The translations under genes and the position numbers were made by a program. Below, piece by piece: positions 1 through 11,956 of a stretch of DNA of 64,000 nt. The DNA is from Trichoplax adhaerens (lineage: Eukaryota > Animalia > Placozoa): the NCBI RefSeq assembly GCF_000150275.1, contig NW_002060952.1, forward strand, positions 952,482 to 1,016,481. The letters run 5' to 3'. Every line of letters starts with the position of its first letter. The first letter of the stretch is position 1. Under the pieces are notes generated by a model. It was not told where the DNA came from, did not search any database, and saw nothing but the letters and a program-made list of their open reading frames with translations.

Positions 1-1403
1 AACAGTTTATAAATCTAGGTAAAGTGCTGTAGCCTGTAGTTGGTACAGTATTGTATCGTATGAAGCGGATGAGCCATTATCAAGAATTTAACATCACGTA
101 CAATATGATATAAAGATTAATTAAGCAAGGGAAAAAGCAATTACTGAACTGATGGCATGTCGTCGACCAACACTAGAGGCTACGGCTTACCTTCGAAATT
201 TGCTGTAGTCATAGGTACACATAGCACGACGTAGATAACGTGCCATAGTGAGAATGTTAACAAACTCAATGTATCAGTCTAGAGCTCACTATTCCAAACA
301 TCCCTTGTCCTAATTGCTGCAAACAACGAGGCAACTAAGCAACGTTTACAGGCTAACTTCCAACTTCTACGTGAAAGAAGTTGCCGTAGTTTTAGAGGGC
401 TTCCATCTAGTACTGCCTTGCGCACAACAGTAGTCACGGTACACTGGACAGTACTGCACTCTACTGTATCGTATTGTACAATGGTTCGCTTAGTCGATGT
501 GTGCAGTACTGTATAGAACTGCACGAGCTACAGACCACAGACGTACCGACGTCATTTGTTTTGCAGATTTTTACCTTTTAATAACTGCCTCGATCGATTT
601 TTACTGCTCGCTTGCCCAAATTAAATTGACTTCTAAAAACGGAGACTAGCATTGATAAAACTTTGGAAGCTGTTGTTACTGTACAGTATACTGTTTTAGA
701 AGGCACTGCTATACTGCTACTTTACTAGCTCAAGTTGCTAGCTAATTTTTAAATTAAGTTAAAACTTTAGTTTCTTGCTATCGTTCGGATTGAGGTTTTT
801 TCCTGTAGGATGTTAGAGCTCAGGTATACTGTATCATATGACTACAGTATATTGTAATCATGACATCACACAACAGCTGATGAATAAGTAAGGAGAAAAT
901 GCTGTAACAACTCTGCTTGATCTCAATGTCCTTCTTGTAGAGAAACTTCGATTTGGATGGATTATGAATGATCATCATTATGCAAGCTCCTTGCAGCACG
1001 ATTTATTTACCTACTGTAAAAGGATCCTTTCAGGCTCTCTAGTATTCAATGTACAGTACATTGCAATTTGCAAGGATATATTCAAAATATCCAATGTCAA
1101 TAAAAAAGAATTAACCTCATCTCTATGCGTAACTATTATAATATAATTATACAGTACTGTATACTGTACGGAACTATTGAATATAGTACAGTATATTGTA
1201 GCACTGTTAATCGAAGAAAAACCGACAATAAAAAGTGACCAATTTTCGTTAGCAGCTTCATACAGGTGTATTAACATGTAAAGTACAGTACATGCTCGCT
1301 GCAGCTTACCCAACTGGAAGTAAGCAAGAAAGTGCATACGTACGATCAATCTCACGTTATTCACTGCCAAAGTGATTAAAAGACTTAATTTAGGATTGAG
1401 AAG

Positions 1404-2787
1404 ATGTATCCTTATCTAAGCATGGTACATGAATGGCTATGCGATCACTGCATCATTAGCTCAGTCGCTGGCTTAAGCGTCTTATTTTTGATTTATAAAA
1501 GATTAACACGAAAAAGCAAGAAGACTGTGGCAAAAGATGTGATTTTACTACATTCTTTTCCCCGAGCTCCCTATGCACCCAATGCATCTCCTTATGTTTT
1601 GAAGTTGGAAACTTATCTACGCATGGCTAAGATACCATATGAGGTAGATGACAGTATTGTTTTTGGCAAGAAAGGCAAAATACCTTGGGTTACGTTAAAC
1701 GACGAAGACGTTGCTGATTCATATTTTATTATCGAGCATGTGAATAAGTACTTCAAAGTCGATTTAGATACAAAACTGACCGCTGAGCAAAGAGCCACTG
1801 CAAGAGTACTTGAAAAGACAATGGAGGAAAACACGATTTGGTAAGGAGAATATTTTATTAATTCCTCTTTACTCTAATCTTGTGCTTACGTTGCCTTACA
1901 GGCGGATGGGATTGCTGCTGAGCTATCACAAAAATAATGTACTTCATTAGGATTAATTGCATTCACTATTCGTAATCGCTCAGCTACAATTCCTCATTTT
2001 TATGTGCTAATCGGAAGCGTTTATTCATCAGATTAATATGCACTTGCACAGCATAAAAACGTAATTTTTACATAAGATTAAAAGATTACTTTACTTACCT
2101 TATGCTTCTCGTATAGTAATATACAATACGTCTAAATGCAAGATTCTAGAAGAAGTTGTTAGCAGCTGAAAGAGCGGCTGGCTATTTGCCAATCTTGCAT
2201 TATACTACATTAAATTTTGATGCTGTATTGCGAAATTATTATTACTTACTTATTTTATAAAACTTTGTCTTATGAGGATTTTAACCTTGGTTCACCAGAT
2301 CACTCGATTATATGCAGTATAATTGAGCCTTCAAACTTTGTTACATTTTGATAGGGCAACTTTGGTACAAAATCGACTATTTGATCATTTTGATGAATCC
2401 ATGGCACTACAAAAGGTCTCCTTCATGCTCAAGTTATTTTTTAAATATTACTTCATACCTAACATTCAAAAATATCGTTGGGGACACGGTATCGGGCGTC
2501 ATTCTTTTGAAGAGATTCGTCAAATAGGTGCCAAGGATCTACGTGCTATGTCGGTGTTACTTGGTGATAAGCCCTTCTTTATGGGTGAGGAGCCTACTCG
2601 CGTAGATGCTACAATGTTTGGTTTTCTGACTTTGCTCATATTTGGGATGGCACCTGAGGCTTCGTCATATAAATTACTTCACAACGAATTAAAGAATTTA
2701 GTTGATTTCGTTCATCGAATGAAAGAAAAATTTTGGCCAGACTGGGATGACGTTTTACTAAAGCAGAAAGAGAAAAAATTGAACTAA
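1404..2787 (+). CDS. FAXC: Failed axon connections (FAX/FAXC, metaxin-like GST-fold) protein, copy 1; 2 exons (1404-1840, 2355-2787)
   Basis: N-terminal hydrophobic anchor, then SPYVLKLETYLRMAKIPYE, GKIPWVTLN, DSYFII, GHGIGRHS, DLRAMSVLLGDKPFFMGEEPTRVDATMFGFL and RMKEKFWPDWD, all typical of the FAX family. The GT..AG intron splits a Trp codon (TG|G) and restores the frame. Confidence 0.92.
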
Positions 2788-4388
2788 TTGCATGTAGTTA
2801 ATGGCTCACCCTGTACTTTATTAAAGGTGTAAACTTCATAGTGCCAGAAACATGATGACTAGGTCATTTTTGGCCTTTTTTCGAAGGAAAATGAATGATC
2901 TTCTGGTTTAAGTACTCTATATCGTATGTCGGCTTAATGCTATTATACCCGCATAGCCGTTTTGCACGTGTTTATAAGCTTTCTGACGACAGTTCATTGT
3001 AAAGTTATACCTACGCATATAATTTATGGTTCTTTATTGTGATGTGCCTGTGTAACTTCTCCATTAAGATAGTCCATGTTGAAAGTGTATTCTAGACTAT
3101 TTTTATATTTCAATAATAGTATTAATCTCAATTCTGTATTTAAAGCTAGGTATAGGTTATTATTATATTGTACTCTATTCGTAACTTTTATCAATTAAGG
3201 AATTATTTTGCAAATGCTCTCAACAGTCTATTGCAGATCTAGAGTGAATATTGCACTTTTATACCGATTGCATTTAAATTGTGAATTCTTCATTTGGACG
3301 CGATATAGTCAATAAATGCTCGTATTATGTACGTATCTTATCGAGCATACCATTGCAATTTTAGGTCTAGTCAGCAGTGAATAGTATTCTTGTATTTTCA
3401 TCAGCCTAGTCAATATTTGATACCAGTGTTGTGCAAAATAATATTGTTCATAAATAGCTGGGTGATACCATATTACTGTCTTACTGTACAGTACAATTCA
3501 TGAACTAAATGAATGATAAAATATCTCTTCACCAAGCTGTTGTAAGGGGCTGATATGCATACTGTATGACATATATACATATATTAATCAGAATTTTCGC
3601 ATGCTTGATGATCATAACACTAATGACAGGTATAACAGTATGTGAAAAGTCATTGCAGACTTCTGGAACACTATTTGAGAAGGGCAATAAAACGAAAACT
3701 AATGCTTTAGCTACTAAGAGACATGCAGGATATCCTTGAAATCTCGAAACAGTATCTTGTGCAGGCTGCAGCTGGTTTGCAATTGCCATGATTGAGGTTG
3801 TTTGTTTGTAAAATGCAACAGGTCACGTGATGCTCTCGACTAACAATACAATATAGTAAGTTGACAATAACCGAATCCAACCCTCGAACGTGTTCATGCA
3901 TGTTGCAGAATGAGATTTACGATCAGAAGTAGAGGCAGAATCTGCACAGCTTCGGCTATGCATTACTCTGAACCTGATTGCTAGTTCGCTCAAATATGAC
4001 CCCAAAATCTTTATGGCTCCATCAGCAATGTTTTTTAGCTGTAAATGATAAAAAAACAAAGATCTAGCGAGCATTAAACCATGCTTTAATGCTTTAAACC
4101 TGTAACCAATGTCAGCGGTGTCTGCATTATATTTTTGCACGGTCCAGCAGTTAGACCTGAGTGTACGCAGTGTACGATACCTTCTACAGTACTTTACGTG
4201 CACCTACTTTACAGTGCACTGTACAGTACTGTAAAGGAAGGCTTACAGTACACTCACTTCTTACAGTACAGTGCAGAGTACTTAGTATTCTGTTAAGCGA
4301 AGAATGCAGTAAAACGAGGTCGTTGGCAGCTCTCCATAAAGCACTTTTTAGCTCGATGGCAACAATTGCTGTTTATGCTTTTGCTTGT

Positions 4389-5922
4389 ATGTTGAACGGG
4401 GAGGCTAATCGTTATCCAATCATGGTATGTGAATGGCTATGCAATCATTGGATCATTGGTACAGTCGCTGGTTTGGGCGTCTTACTTTTGGTATATAAAA
4501 GAGTAAGTGGAAAAAGTAAAAAGACTGTGCCCAAGGACGTAGTTTTGATGCATTCTTTTTCCCGAACTTCGTTTGCACCGAGTGCATCCCCTTTCGCTCT
4601 GAAATTGGAAACTTACTTACGTATGGCGAAGATACCATATGAGGTAGATGGAAGCTCTACTTTTAGCAAGAAAAGTAAAATACCCTGGATTACCTTAAAC
4701 GACGAAGATGTTACTGATTCCTATTTTAGTATTGAGCATGTAAAAAAGCATTTCGAAGTTGATTTAGATAGAAAGCTAACCGCTGAGCAAAAGGCCACTG
4801 CAAGAATTATTGAAAAAACTATGGAGGAAAACACGTTTTGGTAAGGAATATAGTAGATTATGAGTTGTCATGTACTGTTCACGCTAGTTATCCCTGTATT
4901 GACGTATACTTTGTCAGCATGCACTGCCCTGCAAACAAGATGTGCAACAGCAGCTTAACACTATTACTCACCAATCACAGATAGTTTTAATTTTTTCATT
5001 TTGTTTGCGGATCATGGTATTAGCTAGACAGAATGCGGGCTGGGTCCGTGTAATGCAATTGATCCGACAGAAGCTTTCAACATGCACTTGCGCTGCCCAG
5101 CGCAAAATATACTTAAAATTTTTAGATTTTTACTCACCTTAGCGTTAGTGCTATTCATTTGCTATACAATATCAAGACGTCGAAACTCAAATACTGTACT
5201 GTAATATTCGAATTTATTGGGACTGAAATCCTGGTTGGCCGTTTGCCAATCCCACATTATTCTTGGCTGAACTCTTGATGCTATAGTACTGTAGTGTATA
5301 ATGAGTACTTTACTACCGTACTTATTCTTAGTTTTTGTTTTGACTTTTAATGCCAGATGTAGATTTTCGTCATGTTGCTATTAATTATCGCTAGATTACG
5401 GTTCAAGTGCTTTGATTAATATTATTGACAGTATTACAGTATAGCACTAATGAATTAACGAAACGCTACCGTACTTTGCGCATTGATAGGGCAACGATGG
5501 TACAGGACCGAATGTTCGAGTGCTTCGATGAATGTATGGCAATATATGAGGTCTCCTATGTGTTCAAGTTAGTTATTAAATATTATTTCCTACGTGTTAT
5601 TAACAAGTATCGTTGGGGACATGGTATTGGTCGTCATTCTTCCGAAGAGATTCGCCATATAGGCGCCAAGGATCTGCGAGCTATATCGGTGTTACTTGGT
5701 GATAAGCCGTTTTTTATGGGTGAGGAGCCTACTCGTATCGACGCTACAATGTTTGCTTTTCTGGCTTTACTTATATTTGGAATGCCGACTGCAGCTCCAT
5801 CGTATAAATTACTTCACAGCGAATTGAAGAATTTAGTCGATTTCGTTTATCGAATGAAAGAAAAATTTTGGCCAGATTGGGATGACGTTTTATTGAAGCC
5901 GAAAGAGAAAAAAATAAACTAG
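4389..5922 (+). CDS. FAXC: FAX/FAXC-like protein, copy 2; 2 exons (4389 or 4422-4840, 5490-5922)
   Basis: Paralog of copy 1 with the same motifs and the same intron position (TG|gtaag ... atag|G). The start codon is ambiguous (ATG 4389 or 4422). Confidence 0.9.
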
Positions 5923-7064
5923 TTGCATATTGTTTTTTACCATTTGATCACCTCATGCTGACGCTATATTGTATGTACTTAACTACTTGCATCATCTGTC
6001 AATATTATATAGTTGCATAAACGTTTTGTACAGGTTCGCGCTATTTTGGCTACAGTTTATTAATTGTAAGCTATGACCTACGGTATAGCGTAATTATTGT
6101 TGAATCATGTAGCTCACGTTTGATTTAATATGTAGTACAGTACATTACTGTAGATAGTAGTATATAAATATTATTGAATATTATTATTATTTTTTTTTAT
6201 TAATTAATCGAAATTACTACCTCCTGTATAATGTACATGCATTACGCTTCCATTAATAACTATCAGATACTGTAAATGTTTGATTTGGATTAATAAATTC
6301 AAATTAACACCAAGTAGCGTATCTAGCCATGTACACCGTATGGTAATATTTGATTTACTGTCATTACAAATATGCATTTGTATCGCTTTGACTTACGTTT
6401 GTTGCTTTGTTAGCAAATTTCGAAATGAAACAGTGCAGGATTTAATAATATCCAGCTATCTGAAGAACCAATAAAGCACAGCTTCACAGCTTTTTGCTTA
6501 CTCATTTCCGGAATGCTTGTTACAAATGCCAATAAAGTTAATGATGTGGCTATACTGCACTGTCAACGGTCAATCGCCAAGTTAAAATTATTTGTGCGTA
6601 CAATAGGCAATTAGGCATACTGTATGTACTCAGGACAGAAACTTAACTGGCTTAAACCCTAAGTTCTTATTATTAACAAAACTGTTGGAATCGTGCGAAG
6701 AATTTTTAAAGAAATTTTTTGCCTCAGCTAAATAGTTACCTTACAATACAGTAATGCAGTAGCATCCTGAGATCATATAGGTACAGCATTTCTTAAAATA
6801 GAGACAATGAATCGTATCATGAATTCCAGCCATGCAGGTACGGCAGTGGAAGAGTGATGTTTTTAGAAATTCGAAAGTTTTAAACTAAGAACGCTAGTAT
6901 CCGTTGTAAATATACTAGTTAACAGCGACATTTATTTTAATCTTAATCTTTAATAATATTCGTATTATTTTTTTACACTTTAATTCTTCGTGCGTCGGAT
7001 AATTGAGCATGCAGAGTAAAGATTAAAATTGAATTGACTTATTTAATTTGTTGTGAATTAAATT

Positions 7065-8366
7065 TTAGTGCACGCATGAGACATAACTCACACTAGTAAC
7101 GGGTGCAGTACTGGACTTGAAGAAATTCGGACTGTATTTCATGGGCAAAAGACTGTCGTGTTTGGCTTTCCCTGGATTATTTCATCCCAGTCTGGCCAAT
7201 ATTCGTTTCTCATACGTTCAACACAGTCATTTAAACTCTTCAAATCACTTCTCAATATATTATAAAACGATAACTCCTTTGGCAGTCCGTAGCTAAATTG
7301 GCCACTACGCCAAATATAGTAGCATCCACTGTTGTTGCTACAGCATGTTTACCTAAAAAATACGGTTTCGTTCCAAAATTGTCGATATAGCTTTTAGATC
7401 TAGCTCACCGATATGCCGAATTTCTTCTTGAGAGTACCTTCCTATTCCATGGCCATGCATTACCTTCTTTAAACGACGCACCAAGATCCACTTGATAAAC
7501 AAGACCATCAAAAATGGAGCTTTGCAAAGCTCCATGAAACCGTCCAAATGATTGATAATGTGTTTCTGAGCCATACCAGCCCTGTTAATGAAACAAAAAT
7601 TAGTTTATCATTCGTTCTCAAGATTGCAGTCCTTTTTAACCACGTATTTCAGGTATGCAATTGAAGCCTAGTACAGCATATTAATGTGCTTTGCTTGACA
7701 CAACTTATCTCTCTAAAAAGCACATTATTTTTTGAGATGGGACTGTACTTCGGTTAACGATGATTGTAATTCATCCCTTACATGTAGTAAGTTAAGCTTT
7801 GTTTACTGCAACACTGCAAGTGGCTACGCGGTCACTCGGGTAGTTACATCATCATGAAGAGATAGCAATTATAGGGTGCTACATACTGCACTAGAAACTA
7901 CAGCTTGTTGAATTGCTGAAATATTACAACGTACCAGAAGGTATTTTCTTCAATCATTTTCCACATGCATCGAGCGAGTGCTTTATCTTCACTAAGATTG
8001 TTATCTAGCTTTACTCTAAATCTATCTATTAGATATTCTATACAAAATGTTGAATCTGCGACTGCCTCTTTGTCAAGTTCTATCCAAGGTATCTTGCCTT
8101 TTTTTTAGACATTTTACTACTATGATCAATTTGGTAAGGAATTTTGCCATGCGTAAGAAAGCTTCTAGCTTTAAGGCAAATGGAGAAAATGATGGAACGA
8201 CACCTCAGCATGGAATTTGATACACCGTCATCACACCCGGCTTAGCCAAGGTTGCAGTTGCACGATTTCGAGTTAAAACATATCATGCAAAAGTAGGAGC
8301 CGCTGCACCTCCAACAATATGGTAGGAATTAATCTCATAGTTGCTCAAATTTTCAAACCAAGCCAT
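7065..8366 (-). pseudogene. Disabled third FAXC paralog (exons 8366-7935, 7581-~7065)
   Basis: Minus strand reads MAWFENL...SPFALKLEAFLRMAK/IPYQID..KGKIPWIELD..DSTFCI..MIEENTFW|..GHGIGRYSQEE..YWPDWDE with the same intron position. It has two in-frame TGA stops (~8283, ~8205) and frameshifts near 8143, 8100, 7375 and 7297. Confidence 0.88.
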
Positions 8367-11300
8367 CGCCAGCTGCATAGCAGTCTGCAGTTAAGCAATA
8401 TTGAGGAAACTGCAGATTCAAGTCAGTTTATTTATTTATTATACGGAATATATTTAGTAGTTTACTGTATTATTATTGACGAAGGACTTCTATTAGCTTG
8501 TGACAATATTATATAATACTGTACTATGCAGTACTATATATATAGAAGTGTAGGAATCGAATCTAATATTCTGTATTTCAGGAAAGCAAATAAGAAGTGG
8601 GCACTATGATTTTATAATGCTCATCATTGAACAAAGTCGATGTCGGCTAATTTGATTGAACTGTTCTTTTATACACGTTTGAAATGTTGGAAAGGTTGGC
8701 GCGAGCACGAGCAGCTAGACCTGACGGAGCGGCATTGTGAGGCAATGCCACTATGGATATCGCCGAAGGATAACAGCAATATTGGCAAAATAGTAGAGTA
8801 TTATTAGGGGGGAGATGACATGATGTAAATTTTCTTAATATTGTTCTGTATCACTACAGTTACTGTGCAAGCGAATATATTACTGTATACAGAACAGTAC
8901 TGTACAGTATTATTGCCATTATTACTCGAAAAAGTATTTCCCTCGCTCGTTCTACTTGGCATAGTTTTCTGTATTATTATTATTTTAATTTAATTTATTC
9001 ATGATCAATCCTGGGTTCAATTGTTGCGAGATAAATTACTACGGCTGTGGCCGCTGTATTTTTTTCTGTCACAAGTGCTGCGAATCTGTAATCCAATTTT
9101 TAAATGAGTACCTCTAGTGTACAACTGTACATACGGTACTGATGTGCACTTTGGGGGTCATTGCCTTTTCTTTCCTTTGGCTTTCCTCTTTCCAGTTGGT
9201 CATGGACTGCTCGAGTAGTCCCTGACTGTATTCATCAAGTACAGCTGCTGCTTTATACTCCATGGCCTAATGAGCTGCACGCGTTAGTACCAGTCAGATA
9301 CAGGATTCATAAATGTACTTTTTATACTACAGTAAACAGTATTAATTAATCATGCCCTTCAAAATACGCAGCAGAGCCTTACTGGTTGCAGCTAAATACA
9401 GTACAAAGAAAGCAAGCCACAGCGATCGAAAGGCAGTCTACATGGGAAAAAGTTATTTATTATGTAGTCGCGTAGTTGTTGTACTGTAGACTCAGCAAAT
9501 GTAGCAGTTGCAATGTACAATTGTACATTCGGCCATTCCATTTATGCATGGCATACTGCGATACTTGGTTCAAGGCTTCAAGCTGCCCTGTACAAGTGTA
9601 CTTAAATCGATGGTAGCTTTAGTGCTAAGTTGATTGAAAGCGAGTATCATGCTAGTCATTATAATTCATTATTGTGGAAAGAGTTTCTGCACATCCATTA
9701 ACGACCATTACTTTATTATTCACCGTCAGTAGTAGAGTACTATAAGCTAGGCTGACTGTAGTCTACTTACCTGGACTAAAAGTCTAGAAATGTAAGAAAA
9801 GCAGAAAAGTTCCATTCGAATGACAACAACGCGATGCATTATTGTCCATTGCATTGTTGGAGTTGAAGGAGAAGAAGACAACGACAATGTCTAATAATAG
9901 TAGGAAAATGTTTTTGTTGTTTTTTTGTCCTTTCTGACGCTGCCATTCAATTAGTAGTATCGCATGATGGACTGCTTGTAACTCTACAGTACTACAAGGT
10001 GTAGACTGTACAGTATGACTGGAATGGCGGACGTAGGAGCGTAACACTAAGTACGTACAAAGTGACACTAGACATGATTTCTAGTACAGTAGTGTAAATA
10101 ACGCAGAGATCTGCTATCCCAACGACTACTAGAAAGACCTTATTTCTACTCAGTATCGTGTAAAATCGGCATCGCGTTTGGAAAATTCCAGAAATTGTCC
10201 GCTACCTTGGGCGACGATGATCGCCAAATAGCAAATTCATGAAGGAGTCAGAAGGAACCTACTGACACTGCTCAGTATACTGTACTGTACAGTATTATTA
10301 TGGATTGATGGACAGTGCTGACTACTGTACCGTACAGTATTTATTTATTGTAGATTGGATTGAAGTTTGTGATGGAGTCTTGCGCAGTTCGTTTTGTTAT
10401 TGGATCCCAACGGTGATCCAATGACAAGTAGCGTACTGTACTGGGCACTGTAGACTCAAGCACAACACGTCGCTACATTGTACTGTAGACTACAATGACA
10501 CTCCTGTTTGAAGCACACAAGCGTTGAACTGCATCATGACTGACCCCACTGTATAGATAACCGTCAACGCAGGCGCAGCCTATTGTATTGGCCATTTTCG
10601 ATTGTACTTCAACATAATCAAGATTCAACTGTCGTAGCGACGTCTAGTCTCCATGGCCAGCAGCCGTGGCAAAGGAGCACAGCCAACTTTCAAGTTGCAT
10701 GAAATGCGATCCGCAGTTCCCCAATTCGAATCCAATAGCCAATTTGGTGACCAATATCAAGATAGAAGGTAGAATAGGAGATTGCAATTGCAAATCACTT
10801 GAATAGATGTTGTTGAAATAGGTTGCAACTTTTCCACAGTACCTTCGTTGGAGAACAATGCAAGCCAGTTGACGATACTTGTCGTACTGGAAATCAATAA
10901 ACAAAAAAATGGCACGCATGGATAGCGTAGTCCAGCAATTTGTAATCGCCGAGAGGCTCTTCATCACCTGATGATACATTAGCTATTTTTGATTTCTTCC
11001 ATCTTATCATTGCATAGGGTATTTCTCAGTCCATCGTATTATGGGATAGCGAGCTATGCAATTTGATTTTGACGCAGGTAAAGTGGAAAGTAGAAGGGGG
11101 GGGGGGGGGAAAAAAAAATCAACCAACCAATGAGCTAGGGTACGAGGTACATTGGCGTACCGAGTACCTATTAGGAACGCTATGCTTTCCACATTGGAGC
11201 TACTGCAAAAATTGGCGTTGATCACAAAAATTCATTTTCCTTGTTGTCTCATTAACGATCGATCCTTATCAAGGATCATCATGGTCGTGCAATTGCATTG

Positions 11301-11956
11301 CTTGCGTCGTAGGATAGACGATGGATTTATTTTTTGACCTTACGATCATCAAAATGATATTAGGACTTAAGAAACATCAAAGTAATGTGCAAAACAAGCA
11401 ATCAATTACTGTCATCATTGATTCATCATGGCATACAGTCGAGATACAATCCTGCTAGCGTCGAGAGTAGACGATTGATACTCTCGACACTACGCAAGTA
11501 GAAATGGACATGATATAGGCATTCATTGGCTAACTACAAAGTTATTGCAAGCTTACTATACCATCGGCAAAGTACTCTCTTTTTTTTTTGCATGTCAACC
11601 TGGGATTGCTCTTGGAAACGTAGTATTCTTTCAAATAGACAATGTTGATTCAAGCTAATAGCAATACTGTAGATAGCAGTAGCAGCGGACCTTCACCTTG
11701 TTTGTACTACATTTTTGATTCAATCATCCCAAAATTCCTTCCTCTTTTCGAGAAGGATCGATCATTTTTCAACTAAAATTAGGTATCATTACCCTTGATA
11801 GAGCATCCATTAAACAGTTCGAGCTTCATCGACTTTCAATATACTGTACACTATCTTACCCCTGTTACTATCAACTAATTATTCTCATCACAATCTATTT
11901 TTATTAGATATATCCCATCATATCAAGTTCAATCTGTAAAGGAGACTGGACGAACA

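Noticed and set aside
1404-4840. Exact 3000-bp offset between the FAXC exon 1 ends (1840 and 4840)
   Set aside because: The exon 2 offset differs (3135 bp) and the introns are unrelated in length, so it is a coincidence.
8200-8212. Cys-TGA in FAXC copy 3 as a possible selenocysteine (CU) motif
   Set aside because: The same gene has a second TGA and several frameshifts, and no SECIS was identified. Pseudogene decay explains it more simply.
10644-10979. 111-aa minus-strand ORF as a standalone gene
   Set aside because: No recognisable domain, and the related copies at 33.8 kb and 38.6 kb do not keep the frame.
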